Source of the DNA: Halobacteriovoraceae bacterium
GTDB lineage: Bacteria > Bdellovibrionota > Bacteriovoracia > Bacteriovoracales > Bacteriovoracaceae
Direction: 5' to 3'
Assembly: GCA_963719505.1 (NCBI GenBank)
Contig: CAVRCF010000001.1
Coordinates: 512,001-576,000 of the forward strand
Length of the DNA stretch: 64,000 nucleotides
Both the position numbers and the translations under genes were made by a program. Shown here piece after piece: positions 39,891 through 49,767 of the stretch. A model generated the notes under the pieces. The model searched no databases, had not been told where the DNA came from, and saw nothing but the letters and a program-made list of their open reading frames with translations. Within the stretch, counting starts at the first letter, position 1. The number at the start of each line of letters is the position of its first letter.

Positions 39891-40079
39891 ATGAAGAATA
39901 AAGTTATTGAATTTTTAAAAGACGAAGAAGGACAAACATCTACAGAGTATATTCTGTTAGTTGCTATTGTGGCCCTCATTGTTATTAAGTTCGGTGATAA
40001 ACTCAAAGAAAAGTTGAATGCGATGGTAGACAAGGTCTTTACTAGAGCAGATGCTTCGCTTGAGGGATTCGAAGGTTAA
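39891..40079 (+). CDS. flp: Flp family (Tad) major pilin
   Basis: FLKDEEG|QTSTEY followed by a hydrophobic helix; 62 aa; AGGAG SD. Confidence 0.92.
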   Translation: MKNKVIEFLKDEEGQTSTEYILLVAIVALIVIKFGDKLKEKLNAMVDKVFTRADASLEGFEG

Positions 40080-40138
40080 TCTTAGGAATTAATTTCCTAA
40101 AGCATACCTAGAGAGCTTTAATCATGTAACCTTGTTAC

Positions 40139-40366
40139 ATGCAGATAACAACTATCCTAAAATCATCGGGTCAAGCGACCATAGAATATCTATTTGTCTT
40201 AATCTTTATAGTAGGGATTTCCCTTAAAGTGGTCGGAGTTTTTTCAGATTTTATGAGAGACTCCGTCGGAAACCTTGGGCACGAGCTTTCAGTAAATCTG
40301 AGCTCGGGCGTCTGTGAATCTATCTGCTTTTTTTCTGGATATAAAAATGGGAATTCTGGAGAATGA
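40139..40366 (+). CDS. TadE/Flp-like minor pilin
   Basis: SG|QATIEY plus hydrophobic helix. Confidence 0.8.
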   Translation: MQITTILKSSGQATIEYLFVLIFIVGISLKVVGVFSDFMRDSVGNLGHELSVNLSSGVCESICFFSGYKNGNSGE

Positions 40367-40866
40367 TCCCAACACTCTATCTCTTTCTTCTCATACAACT
40401 CGTCTTTGTCTCATTGCTGGATGCTAAATACAGAAAAATCTCCAATAACTGGAGTCTTTTAAATATTGCACTCTACTTAGGATTTATCATTTTTTTACCC
40501 TCGGTTCTGCCCTTCGCATGGTCAACCTTGGTTTTGAGTGGAGCTTTTCTGTGCTTTGGTTTTACACTTTTTGTTTTTAAAATAATGGGAGGAGGAGATG
40601 CAAAATATCTTACGACTTTTGCTTTGCTTATCCCAATTGAACTCCATCAACTTTTTTTAGAATACCTTTTTGTGGGAACAATTCTCTTCGCAGGATTTTT
40701 CTTTATTCGTAATGTTATAAAAAATAGAACTGATATTATCAACTACCTACGATCTTTTCACCTCCAAGGGGTAAAAAGTTTCTTTGGTACTAAATTTGCC
40801 TTCGCCCCTGTTATACTAGTTTCATGGATTTTACTTGGTCTAAATATTTATTTCGATCTCCTCTAA
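40363..40866 (+). CDS. cpaA: A24 prepilin peptidase (CpaA/TadV)
   Basis: SLLD...RKISN, MGGGDAK, FAFAP; multiple TM segments. Confidence 0.9.
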   Translation: MIPTLYLFLLIQLVFVSLLDAKYRKISNNWSLLNIALYLGFIIFLPSVLPFAWSTLVLSGAFLCFGFTLFVFKIMGGGDAKYLTTFALLIPIELHQLFLEYLFVGTILFAGFFFIRNVIKNRTDIINYLRSFHLQGVKSFFGTKFAFAPVILVSWILLGLNIYFDLL

Positions 40867-41144
40867 AACAAAAAGGTCAGTCTACGGTCGAATACATCAT
40901 GCTATTCGCAATGGTGGCGATTTTAGTGACTTCGGTTTTTAAAAGTGACTCATTCCAAAAGATTTTTGGAAAGCAAGGAACTTTTGCTAAGACCTATAAA
41001 GAAGAGATCGAATTCTCCTACCGTCACGCTTTGAGAGGAAGACAACAGTTTAGTCAACCCAACTATTCATCATCGCATATGTCCTATACCAATGGTGGAA
41101 CGACAAGATTTTTTGGAGCTAGAGATGCGTACCCTGCACAGTGA
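40824..41144 (+). CDS. TadE/Flp-like minor pilin
   Basis: KG|QSTVEY plus hydrophobic helix. Confidence 0.8.
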   Translation: MDFTWSKYLFRSPLKQKGQSTVEYIMLFAMVAILVTSVFKSDSFQKIFGKQGTFAKTYKEEIEFSYRHALRGRQQFSQPNYSSSHMSYTNGGTTRFFGARDAYPAQ

Positions 41145-41640
41145 AGATGGACAATCGACAATCGAATTTATTCTCACTCTATCTTTTGCTATAGGTATAA
41201 CAATGCTTTTTGTCTCCCAAGCCCTAAATATGACAGTAGGGTTTATGGTTCATTATGGAACCTTCATGGGGGGGAGAACATTCTTAAGCTATGACAGTTT
41301 TGGTCGTGATGTTTCAAACTCAATAGGTCAGGCGGGAAATGTCGCCAAAGAGACATTTGATTTTTACAATTTACAGATCCTTGATATTTCTCCTGTTGTG
41401 AAAGTTGTAAAGCCAGAAGATGGAAATGCATTGATGAGTGGAATAACAGCTCAATACGATAAGCTTCTTTCTCCTTTTAAGCTCATCCTCAATGGAGAAA
41501 AGGCAACATTCTATTCTGAAGGTTTCTTGGGAAAAGAGCCGACTCGCGCAAGCTGCTATCAATCGACATGTGCGGCTATTGGTTCAGGTGGTAATTGCAC
41601 TGCAAATATGGATGTCACTCTTTTCGATAATGGATGTTAA
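41125..41640 (+). CDS. TadE-like pseudopilin
   Basis: DG|QSTIEF plus hydrophobic helix and Cys-rich C-terminus; GGAG SD before ATG 41125. Confidence 0.8.
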   Translation: MRTLHSEDGQSTIEFILTLSFAIGITMLFVSQALNMTVGFMVHYGTFMGGRTFLSYDSFGRDVSNSIGQAGNVAKETFDFYNLQILDISPVVKVVKPEDGNALMSGITAQYDKLLSPFKLILNGEKATFYSEGFLGKEPTRASCYQSTCAAIGSGGNCTANMDVTLFDNGC

Positions 41641-42150
41641 GTGAAAATATTTAAGCTATTAAAAAATCAAAAAGGGCAATCTCTAATAGAGTTTGTTTTA
41701 TTTTTGCCTTTTATGATGATGATCTACTCAGTGATCATTAATGTTTCAGGCGCTATAAATGCTTCCCTAAATCAGCAAAAAGTAACAAGGGCTTACTTTT
41801 ATTATAACATGCAAAATAACTCTACTATTCCTAAACCGAGAAGAGATGGAGCAGATCCGTCAGACTCTTGGCAAATGTTCGGCATGCAGATCATGGGCTG
41901 GACAACTGAGCTTGTTGATAACCAACCTGTTGCAGCTTGTTTTAAGTTTAACCTACCTTTAGGAACAGGTGATGGAGATATTTGTGAAGAGGCTTACTCA
42001 GGTAAAGCAACTCAATATATTAGAGTTGGGACTGTGTATGGTGTCTGTGGTGCCACTTACCAAAAAAGGGGAACAAGCAAAGTTAGGGTTCCCTCGGGTG
42101 GGGTCAATGTTGATGTCGCCGTAGCAGCCCAAGGCTGTTTTATCCAATAG
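41641..42150 (+). CDS. TadE-like pseudopilin
   Basis: KG|QSLIEF..LP plus hydrophobic helix; four Cys. Confidence 0.8.
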   Translation: MKIFKLLKNQKGQSLIEFVLFLPFMMMIYSVIINVSGAINASLNQQKVTRAYFYYNMQNNSTIPKPRRDGADPSDSWQMFGMQIMGWTTELVDNQPVAACFKFNLPLGTGDGDICEEAYSGKATQYIRVGTVYGVCGATYQKRGTSKVRVPSGGVNVDVAVAAQGCFIQ

Positions 42151-42225
42151 AGGACATTTCTTCCTCATACTTTTAAAACTATCGTAAGTATATAATAAAA
42201 GGTGAATTGCTAGAAAAGGATTTCT

Positions 42226-43038
42226 ATGAATAGTCGCGCGTTTACCCTCAGTTTGATCATTGCCGTGATAGCGGTCTTTATGGTTCAGTCCTATATCGAA
42301 GGTAGAGAGTCAAAGTTTAAAGAAGAGTATGGGAATATGGTTCCAGTTGTTATCGCAAAAAGAGATATCAATGAGCTTGAACTTATTGACGATCGAAAAG
42401 TTCAAATGATTACGGTTCCTAAAAAATATAGAATGAATGGCGCCTTCGATAAACAAGAAAATCTTTATAATACAATCGCTGCAGTCCCAATAAAAAAAGG
42501 TGAGCAGATCACCAAGCCCAGAGTTACTTACCCCGGTGCACGTTCAGGTTTATCAAGACAAGTTGGAATCGGAAGTCGAGCTCTTTCGGTTCAGGTTAAT
42601 GAAAGTCAAGCTGTTAGTAAGCTTATTAAACCAGGAGACAGAGTCGATGTCTTAACTCTTGTGGATTTTGCCGGCGGTAAAAAAGAAAAAATGAAAGTAA
42701 AAACTGTCTTGCAAGATGTTTACGTCTTAGCAACAGGATTGAACGTCACCAAAGAGATTCCACTCATTGGTATGAAGGTCGATAAAGAAGTAAGAAAAAT
42801 GAACTTAAACAACTACACAAACTTCAATGCCGTGACCTTAGAATTAAAACCATACGAAGTCCAAAAGATGATCTTTCTCATTACTGCTGGTAATGGAATC
42901 TATCTTTCTTTAAGAAATAATGATGACAAGACTATTGAAAGGATAAGTGGAACGAGACTATACGATGTTTTGGGTGAAGATGCCCAGGATGCAAAAGCTT
43001 ACTTCGCAGAACAAGCAGCGCTCAAAAACAAAAGGTAG
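42226..43038 (+). CDS. cpaB: Flp pilus assembly protein CpaB/RcpC
   Basis: N-terminal TM, SAF-like VVIAKRDI, IKPGDRVDV, VLQDVYVLA. Confidence 0.92.
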   Translation: MNSRAFTLSLIIAVIAVFMVQSYIEGRESKFKEEYGNMVPVVIAKRDINELELIDDRKVQMITVPKKYRMNGAFDKQENLYNTIAAVPIKKGEQITKPRVTYPGARSGLSRQVGIGSRALSVQVNESQAVSKLIKPGDRVDVLTLVDFAGGKKEKMKVKTVLQDVYVLATGLNVTKEIPLIGMKVDKEVRKMNLNNYTNFNAVTLELKPYEVQKMIFLITAGNGIYLSLRNNDDKTIERISGTRLYDVLGEDAQDAKAYFAEQAALKNKR

Positions 43039-43040
43039 AA

Positions 43041-44525
43041 ATGTTTAAAACGTTATTTTTTATATTTTTAATATCAATAAATGTTTTTGCTCAAGAAGCA
43101 AAAGAGACGAACCTATCAATCGCTATTGGAATTGATGAGGTTGTGAAGCTCCAGTACAAATACAACACAAAAGTTCAGATCGGAAACCAAAAGATTGTCT
43201 CTTTAATTTTAGCACCTTCAAGACGAGAAATTACTTTTCGAGGAAAGAATGCAGGAAAAACTTCAGTTACTGTAAGGGATGCTGCTGGGGATATTAGAGA
43301 TAAATTTATTGTCAGTGTCTCAGCCGATGGCACCTCTCAAACGGTGAGGGAGCTCAGGGACCTTATTGGTAATATCGAAGGAATTGAAGTTCTTATCAAG
43401 GGTGGAAAGGTTGTTGTTGAAGGGATGATTGTCGTTCCTGGTGATATTGGGAGAATCAACACGGTTTTGGCCCAGTATGGAGATGTGGTAAGGCTTATTG
43501 AACTTTCACCTCAAACACAGCGAGTTATTGCTCGTAAGATGCAAGAAGAAATTAATAAAAATAATATGAAAGATGTTACCGTTAGAATCGTTAATGGTGA
43601 TTTCTGGATCGAAGGAGTTGTAAACTCAGAGCAGAAAAAAGCCGTGGCTGATCAAATAGCAAAACAATATCTTCCGGATAGGCTTGATTCTTTAGCGGCT
43701 CAAAGTGGAGGATCAAGTTTTCAGGCCAAAGAGAGATATGCCATTGTAAACTTTGTCTCGGTTAACGAGAAGAAAGATCCTGAACCTCCAGCAAAGCTCG
43801 TTAAAATAAGTGCTCAGTTTGTTGAACTTTCAAAAGACTACCAAAAAATATTTGGCTTTCAGTGGACACCGACTCTTACTTCTGGCGGCTCCATCTCATT
43901 TGGTAAAACAGAGTCGGGTGACGTCACGACCAATGAGAACGACACTTTGAGTGGAACGATAGCCTCTTTGTTTCCAAAGCTTCAATCAGCCAAGCAAGCA
44001 GGTTATGCAAGGGTTATCCAGTCAGCAATGCTGATAACAAAAGATCGGAAACAAGCTACGGTTAGTAAGTCTCGAGCTGTTCCTTACTCCATTGGTGCTG
44101 GTGACCTTCAGACGGCTGGTCAAGCTCAATTTAAATTTTCTTTAACGGTTACGCCGTCAATTGGTGATAAGGAAGTCGTTAATCTAGACTCATTAACAGT
44201 AACGGTGGCATTGCCATCGGGTAGAGCAAACGGTGGACAACCAACTTCAACAGACAACACAATCACAACAAATATTGCAGTTAAGTCCAAAGAATCTGCA
44301 GCCATTGGTGGAATTGTACAGAGTTCTTCAACAACAAGTTATGACAAAGATGTTCAACCTCCTACACCTGAAGAGGGAACCCAGTTACTATTCAACTTGG
44401 GTAGAGGAAAAAGTTATACAACGGACAAAGCACAGTTTGTCGTTTTTGTGACTCCCGAAATAATTGAGTCCGCAGCGGATGGAACAAATGAAATTCGTAA
44501 AAAATTTAGAAAAAGAGAACGGTAA
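43041..44525 (+). CDS. Tad secretin CpaC/RcpA with BON-like domains
   Basis: GKNAGKTSVTV N-domain, AQFVELS, C-terminal FVVFVTPEII secretin motif. Confidence 0.85.
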   Translation: MFKTLFFIFLISINVFAQEAKETNLSIAIGIDEVVKLQYKYNTKVQIGNQKIVSLILAPSRREITFRGKNAGKTSVTVRDAAGDIRDKFIVSVSADGTSQTVRELRDLIGNIEGIEVLIKGGKVVVEGMIVVPGDIGRINTVLAQYGDVVRLIELSPQTQRVIARKMQEEINKNNMKDVTVRIVNGDFWIEGVVNSEQKKAVADQIAKQYLPDRLDSLAAQSGGSSFQAKERYAIVNFVSVNEKKDPEPPAKLVKISAQFVELSKDYQKIFGFQWTPTLTSGGSISFGKTESGDVTTNENDTLSGTIASLFPKLQSAKQAGYARVIQSAMLITKDRKQATVSKSRAVPYSIGAGDLQTAGQAQFKFSLTVTPSIGDKEVVNLDSLTVTVALPSGRANGGQPTSTDNTITTNIAVKSKESAAIGGIVQSSSTTSYDKDVQPPTPEEGTQLLFNLGRGKSYTTDKAQFVVFVTPEIIESAADGTNEIRKKFRKRER

Positions 44526-46627
44526 TGGCAGGTCATATAATAAGTATTATTGGTGGTAAAGGTGGGGTTGGAAAATCTCAAGTTGCGGCCAATCTCGCTT
44601 TCGCGTTTGCTGCCGAAAACAGATCTAAAACACTTTTGTTGGATTTTGATAAAGTAGCTTCTGGTGATCAAAATATAATTACTGGTATAAAATTTAAAAA
44701 AAGTATAAAAGACTTATCGGAGTTTAACGGGGCTATGGATCCGCGTTCCATCAATATGTTTGTCGGTCAGCATAAAAATGGTGTCCACTTTATTGGGATG
44801 CCAAATGATCCCAATGTTTCAGACTCTATTGATCCTGAGGGGTTAGGCAAAACTCTTAAAGCCTTACCAAATCTTTACCAAACCACAGTCATTGATTGTG
44901 GAAGTGAACTCAACGATCTCGCTTTAAAGGCACTCGAATTTTCAACACTTATTTTTTTAGTGGTGACACCAGATCTTTTGGCTGCAAATCAGACAAAGAG
45001 AGTTTTCTCAGATCTTACAACAATGCTTTTTCCAAAAGAGATGATGCATATTATTGTTAACCAATTTCAAAAAGGCCATCCTGTTACTCCCGAAACTATC
45101 GGCAGACAAATAGGAAAACCTGTTTTTGGTGTTGTCGCAAAAGATGATCAAAGTTGCTTAAGGGCTTTATCAAGTTCTACTCCTTTATATGTTATTGCTA
45201 AGAATTCACCTTTCTCTCAAGGTATTACTGATATTGTGAGAAAGTTGAAGCAAAGAAGTATTTTAAGTGCTTTAGAAAAACTTCAAAAACCAGAAGGAGC
45301 TGCACAAAAGAAAAGTGATAACAAAGCTTCTGCAGTTAAAGGTGGAAAGAATCCTTGGTTGGATCTTAAATCTCGAATTCATAAATCTCTCGTTGAAGAG
45401 ATGGATATGAAAAAACAAGATGATAATGATCCTAAAGCAAAAATTATTCTAAGAGAGAAGACAAAAAAGTTGGTTGTAGAACTTTTAGGTAAAGAAGATA
45501 CCAAAGGTGTTTTAAACACCCGCGAAGATATGAATCAAATTGTTAAAGAAGTTCTGGATGAGGCTTTGGGTCTTGGTCCACTTGAAGATATGTTAGCAGA
45601 TAAAACAATTTCGGAGATTATGGTCGTTGGTCCAGATAAAATATTCTACGAGCAAGGTGGTAAGGTTAAGATGTCTGAAGTTGTCTTCACTAATAATCGC
45701 CAGGTGTTAAATGTCATAGAGAGAATCGTTGCTCCTATTGGAAGGCGTATTGATGAAAAGACTCCTTATGTTGATGCTCGACTACAAGATGGCTCAAGAG
45801 TTCACGCCATCATTCCTCCTTGTGCATTACAGGGTGGGACAATAACAATTCGAAAATTTCCTGAAAATAGACTGACCTATAAAGATCTTGTTAACTTTGG
45901 CTCATTGACTATGAACATGGCTGACTTTTTAAGAATTTCTGTTGAGGCCCATCGAAATATCGTCGTCTCAGGTGGTACAGGATCTGGTAAGACGACTCTT
46001 ATAAATATGCTTGGGGGTTTTATTCCTGCGAACGAGAGGATTATTACCTGTGAAGATGCAGCTGAGCTCGATTTTCCTCAAGATCATGTTGTGAGTCTCG
46101 AGACTAAGCCGCCTTCATTAGAGGGGGATGGTGCTGTCGATATTAGATGTCTGGTAAAGCAGACCCTAAGAATGCGACCAGACAGAATTGTCGTAGGAGA
46201 GTGTCGTGGTGGTGAAACACTTGATATGCTTCAGGCAATGAATACAGGCCACGATGGCTCAATGACAACAGTTCACTCAAATACGCCAAGAGACTGTATG
46301 TCTCGACTCGAAACACTGGTTCAGTACTCGGGTGTTCCAATCTCACCTCGAGCGATTCGTGAAATGATCGCCTCAGCTGTTCATATGGTTATTCAACAAT
46401 CAAGACTTGAAGATGGTTCAAGAAGAATTATGAATATTACTGAGATTGGAGGAATGCAAGGTGATATTATTACATTGCAAGATATCTTTGTCTTTAAGCA
46501 AGAGGGAATGAATAAACAAGGAAAAATTGTTGGAAAGTACATGGCCACTGGTTTTATTCCAAAGTTCATCGAGAACTTAGAAAAGAAAGGTTATAAAGTA
46601 CCTAGAGGGTTGTTTAACAATGAATAA
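44525..46627 (+). CDS. tadA: CpaE/TadZ - CpaF/TadA fusion pilus assembly ATPase
   Basis: N-terminal MinD-like GKGGVGKS; C-terminal GGTGSGKTT, LRMRPDRIVVGECRG, AMNTGHDGSMTT. Confidence 0.92.
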   Translation: MAGHIISIIGGKGGVGKSQVAANLAFAFAAENRSKTLLLDFDKVASGDQNIITGIKFKKSIKDLSEFNGAMDPRSINMFVGQHKNGVHFIGMPNDPNVSDSIDPEGLGKTLKALPNLYQTTVIDCGSELNDLALKALEFSTLIFLVVTPDLLAANQTKRVFSDLTTMLFPKEMMHIIVNQFQKGHPVTPETIGRQIGKPVFGVVAKDDQSCLRALSSSTPLYVIAKNSPFSQGITDIVRKLKQRSILSALEKLQKPEGAAQKKSDNKASAVKGGKNPWLDLKSRIHKSLVEEMDMKKQDDNDPKAKIILREKTKKLVVELLGKEDTKGVLNTREDMNQIVKEVLDEALGLGPLEDMLADKTISEIMVVGPDKIFYEQGGKVKMSEVVFTNNRQVLNVIERIVAPIGRRIDEKTPYVDARLQDGSRVHAIIPPCALQGGTITIRKFPENRLTYKDLVNFGSLTMNMADFLRISVEAHRNIVVSGGTGSGKTTLINMLGGFIPANERIITCEDAAELDFPQDHVVSLETKPPSLEGDGAVDIRCLVKQTLRMRPDRIVVGECRGGETLDMLQAMNTGHDGSMTTVHSNTPRDCMSRLETLVQYSGVPISPRAIREMIASAVHMVIQQSRLEDGSRRIMNITEIGGMQGDIITLQDIFVFKQEGMNKQGKIVGKYMATGFIPKFIENLEKKGYKVPRGLFNNE

Positions 46628-47579
46628 GATCTTAAGTTTTCTTTTTCTTCTTTCAACTTCAGCTTTTGCTCAAGAAAAAGAGCCCGAGCTAAACTTTATG
46701 ACCGATATTTTAGGACGAAAAGGTCTTGTTCTTCTCATCTTTGTCATCGTCTTCGCTTACTCTTACAAAAATTCATTAAAACTTTTTGATTGGATTGAGG
46801 ATCAAACCTTTGGTACTCGAGATTATATTTTACAAAAGTGCGAACTTCTTCATATTGAAATCGAACCTAGACGAATCACTTATATTCTTCTCTTTCTCTC
46901 CTTTGGTTTCAGCGTAATCGTTTTTGGAATTTTCGCAGTCTTTGGACACTTCTTAGCTGGTGCTATAGTTGCAAGTATTACCTCTATCATTGGTTGGAGG
47001 GTGCCAAGGCCTTTTATGGATGCACTTGTTAATAGAAGAATAAATGCCTACAAGAATCAAATGGTTGATGCTCTTCAGCTACTTTCAAATGGTCTTCGTG
47101 CTGGACTTTCTCTACCTCAGTCTTTAGGGATGGTTGTAGATGAATTACCAAATCCGGTTGCCCAAGAGATGAACTCTGTTCTTCAACAAACCAAAATCGG
47201 TGTTCCTCTAGAGGAGGCATTTGAGAATTTAGTAACAAGAATTCCAACTCAAGACAATGATATGTTCGTATCTGCAATTTCTATCTTAAAGGAAACCGGT
47301 GGTAATCTTTCAGAAGTTTTCGACACAATCGCAGCTGTTATTCGTGAACGGGTAAGACTGCAACAAAAAATTGACACTTTTACGGCACAAGGTAAGTTTC
47401 AAGGATTTACTATATTTGCTATGCCATTCGCCCTTGGAGCCGTTTTTGCAGCTTCTGACCCCGCCTCAATGATTCCACTGTTTACAACACCTTTGGGCCT
47501 GGTCATGCTTGTAGCGGCCTTAGGATTGGACCTGTTGGGCTTGTGGGCGATATTTAAAGTCGTAAAAATAGAGGTTTAG
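46620..47579 (+). CDS. tadB: Tad inner-membrane platform protein TadB
   Basis: LRAGLSL, ETGGNLSEV, IRER..L, TAQG; TM helices. Confidence 0.9.
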   Translation: MNKILSFLFLLSTSAFAQEKEPELNFMTDILGRKGLVLLIFVIVFAYSYKNSLKLFDWIEDQTFGTRDYILQKCELLHIEIEPRRITYILLFLSFGFSVIVFGIFAVFGHFLAGAIVASITSIIGWRVPRPFMDALVNRRINAYKNQMVDALQLLSNGLRAGLSLPQSLGMVVDELPNPVAQEMNSVLQQTKIGVPLEEAFENLVTRIPTQDNDMFVSAISILKETGGNLSEVFDTIAAVIRERVRLQQKIDTFTAQGKFQGFTIFAMPFALGAVFAASDPASMIPLFTTPLGLVMLVAALGLDLLGLWAIFKVVKIEV

Positions 47580-47607
47580 AATGTTGTAACAATGTTAAAA
47601 TAATCTC

Positions 47608-47635
47608 TAAAGGTAAGCGAAGAAAGTACCGATAA
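47608..47635 (+). promoter_or_regulatory. sigma28-type promoter of the RHS/YD gene
   Basis: TAAAG-N15-ACCGATAA. Confidence 0.7.
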
Positions 47636-47683
47636 ACTCAAAGACTATAAAAAGTATTTTGGATGAAACCAAAGGATAAGGGA

Positions 47684-49341
47684 ATGAAAAAAACAAATTT
47701 GATGCTACTTTTACTAGGCGTTTTTGCACTTTCTGCGAATGCTGGAGTTAACCTAAAAAATGGTAACTTTTATATCTCCTACACTGATATTATTGTTCCA
47801 GGTGGTGGTAAAAAACTAGAAATTACTCGTACCTATAACTCGAAGTCAACATCAGTTGGATGGTTTGGTTTTGGTTGGGGTAACGTTTACGAGACAAGTC
47901 TTATACCTTCACCGGACGGATGTGTTGTTGTTAGCGAATACGGTTCTGGTGGAAGACAAGATTTTGTCCAAAATCTAAAGTCGACCCAGAAGAAGCAGCT
48001 CAAAAAATTGTTGAGGCGATGAGAAAAAAATCAAAAACTGAGCTTCCATGAATCATCTTTAAAAACGTTAATAGAAAGATTAAAAACAAATTCTGACCTT
48101 CGTCATGCTTATGCAAAAAACTTTGGTGTTAAATCAACAATTGCAAAAGGGACGACTCTTTATTCAAACGAGAGAGGAATTCAGGAAATTAAAGTTACTG
48201 GTCAAGGTTATGAAAGACACTCAAATAGTGGAAAGAAAGAATACTTTGATAAAAGTGGTAACCTCACAAAAATCCAAGAAAAAAATGGATACTATGTTGA
48301 ATTCAGATATGACAACAATAAGCTACGAGTCTTTAAAAGATTCACAAGCTAAGCAAGTATTCTTTAAGTGGAATTCAAATGGAAAGATCTCTGAACTTTG
48401 GTCAACAGGTGATGCTAAGGCTACTTTTAAGTATGATGGCGACAACATGGTTTTCTCCCAAGATGTTGCAGGTAATAGTTATGCATTTAGCTACGATAAA
48501 AGTCATAACTTAACTAAGGTTGTTTATAACCATTACAGAGCGAAGGATGTTAAAGAAGACGCTATGATAATGGAATATGAGCCAAAGACGTTCTTTGTGT
48601 CGAAAATCATCGACAGAAGTGGAGATGCTGTAAGCTATAAATATGGTTCCAATCCTAAAAATGCTAGATAATCACTACTGGACTGAAGTTACTAAAACTG
48701 GTTTCTCAGGGAAGCCGGTAACTAATAAGTATGAGTATGAAATTAAATCTCGTCCAGATGGATCAAGTTATACTTACAGAATTTATACGAGTATTAATAA
48801 TATTAAAACTGAGACCATATATTCTGAATGTTGTGGGCTTCCACTTAAAATTGCGAGAGGGAAACACGTAACAAACTTTGAGTATAATGATAAAGGCTTA
48901 CTCACTAAAAAGCAGTCTACTAAAGGTGATTTCGTTCAAATTAAATATGACAAAACGTTGAATAAAATATCTGAAGTCAAAAACAATGCTGGGTGGACTA
49001 AGTTTAAGTATGACAGAAAAGGTAACTTAACAACGGCTCAAAATAGTAAAAGCCAAGCTGTAAAATTGATTTATGACAGAAAGGGAAAGATCAACAAAAT
49101 GGTTGATAAGAATATGAAAACAAAGGAAACAAGAACATTATCCTTTAAGTATAATGCGCTTGGAAAGCCAGTTGAGATTTCAATGAGTAAGGTTGGAAAA
49201 ATTAATGTGGCTTATGATAACTTTGGTGAGATTAAGCGAGTTGAATCTAAGGCTGGTCATAAAATGGCTCTACAAGTTACCCAGGCTTTTCAAAACCTTC
49301 TATCAATTGTTAAGCCCGCAGGTGTCAACTTAAATATGTAA
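47684..49341 (+). CDS. secreted RHS/YD-repeat protein (Bd0109/'WapA'-like), broken by about four frameshifts
   Basis: Signal peptide, VNLKNGNF...RTYNS...GWFGFGW RHS N-domain, YD repeats (YNDKG, YDRKG, YNALG, YDNFG). Frame switches near 47955, 48040, 48325 and 48665. No toxin C-terminus. Confidence 0.85.
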
Positions 49342-49362
49342 CAAAGGTTACAGGAGAAATAT

Positions 49363-49695
49363 ATGAAAAAATTACTAGTTACTTTTACAATGCTTACCTC
49401 GGTAGTCGCATTTGCTGAATGTTCAGTGGATGTTTCAAAGCTTGAAGGTCTCGACTTTCAAAGTGTGCCATTTTGCTCGTTTGATGTTTCGAACATGGGA
49501 ACACAAAAGACCGACTCTTTGAAAGAGGTTGCACAGAAGTATAATGAACTAGCGGGTACATGTACTTGTCCCGGTGGAGATAATGGCGGTGATAACGATG
49601 CTTCTCGTTGCGCTATTAATAGAATTGAAGCAAAACCTGTTAGCGGAAGAGAGGGGTATTCAACACTTCAATCTGCTGGTGGTGTACAAAACTAA
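49363..49695 (+). CDS. small secreted Cys-containing protein, positional equivalent of Bdellovibrio hit (Bd0108)
   Basis: AGGAG SD, signal peptide ending AFA, five Cys, Gly/Asp/Asn-rich linker; immediately follows the RHS gene. Confidence 0.75.
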   Translation: MKKLLVTFTMLTSVVAFAECSVDVSKLEGLDFQSVPFCSFDVSNMGTQKTDSLKEVAQKYNELAGTCTCPGGDNGGDNDASRCAINRIEAKPVSGREGYSTLQSAGGVQN

Positions 49696-49703
49696 AGAAT
49701 GAA

Positions 49704-49745
49704 TTTAATATAGCCCTGTTCCAATGTGAACAGGGCTATATTAAA
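49704..49745 (+). terminator. 18-bp perfect inverted repeat, probable terminator or stabilising hairpin
   Basis: TTTAATATAGCCCTGTTC-caatgt-GAACAGGGCTATATTAAA. Confidence 0.75.
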
Positions 49746-49767
49746 ACTCCCACGGAACGGAAGGTTT

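Noticed and set aside
47684-49695. RHS polymorphic toxin plus immunity pair
   Set aside because: No PxxxxDPxG core end or toxin domain. The downstream gene is secreted and the context matches the Tad/hit arrangement.
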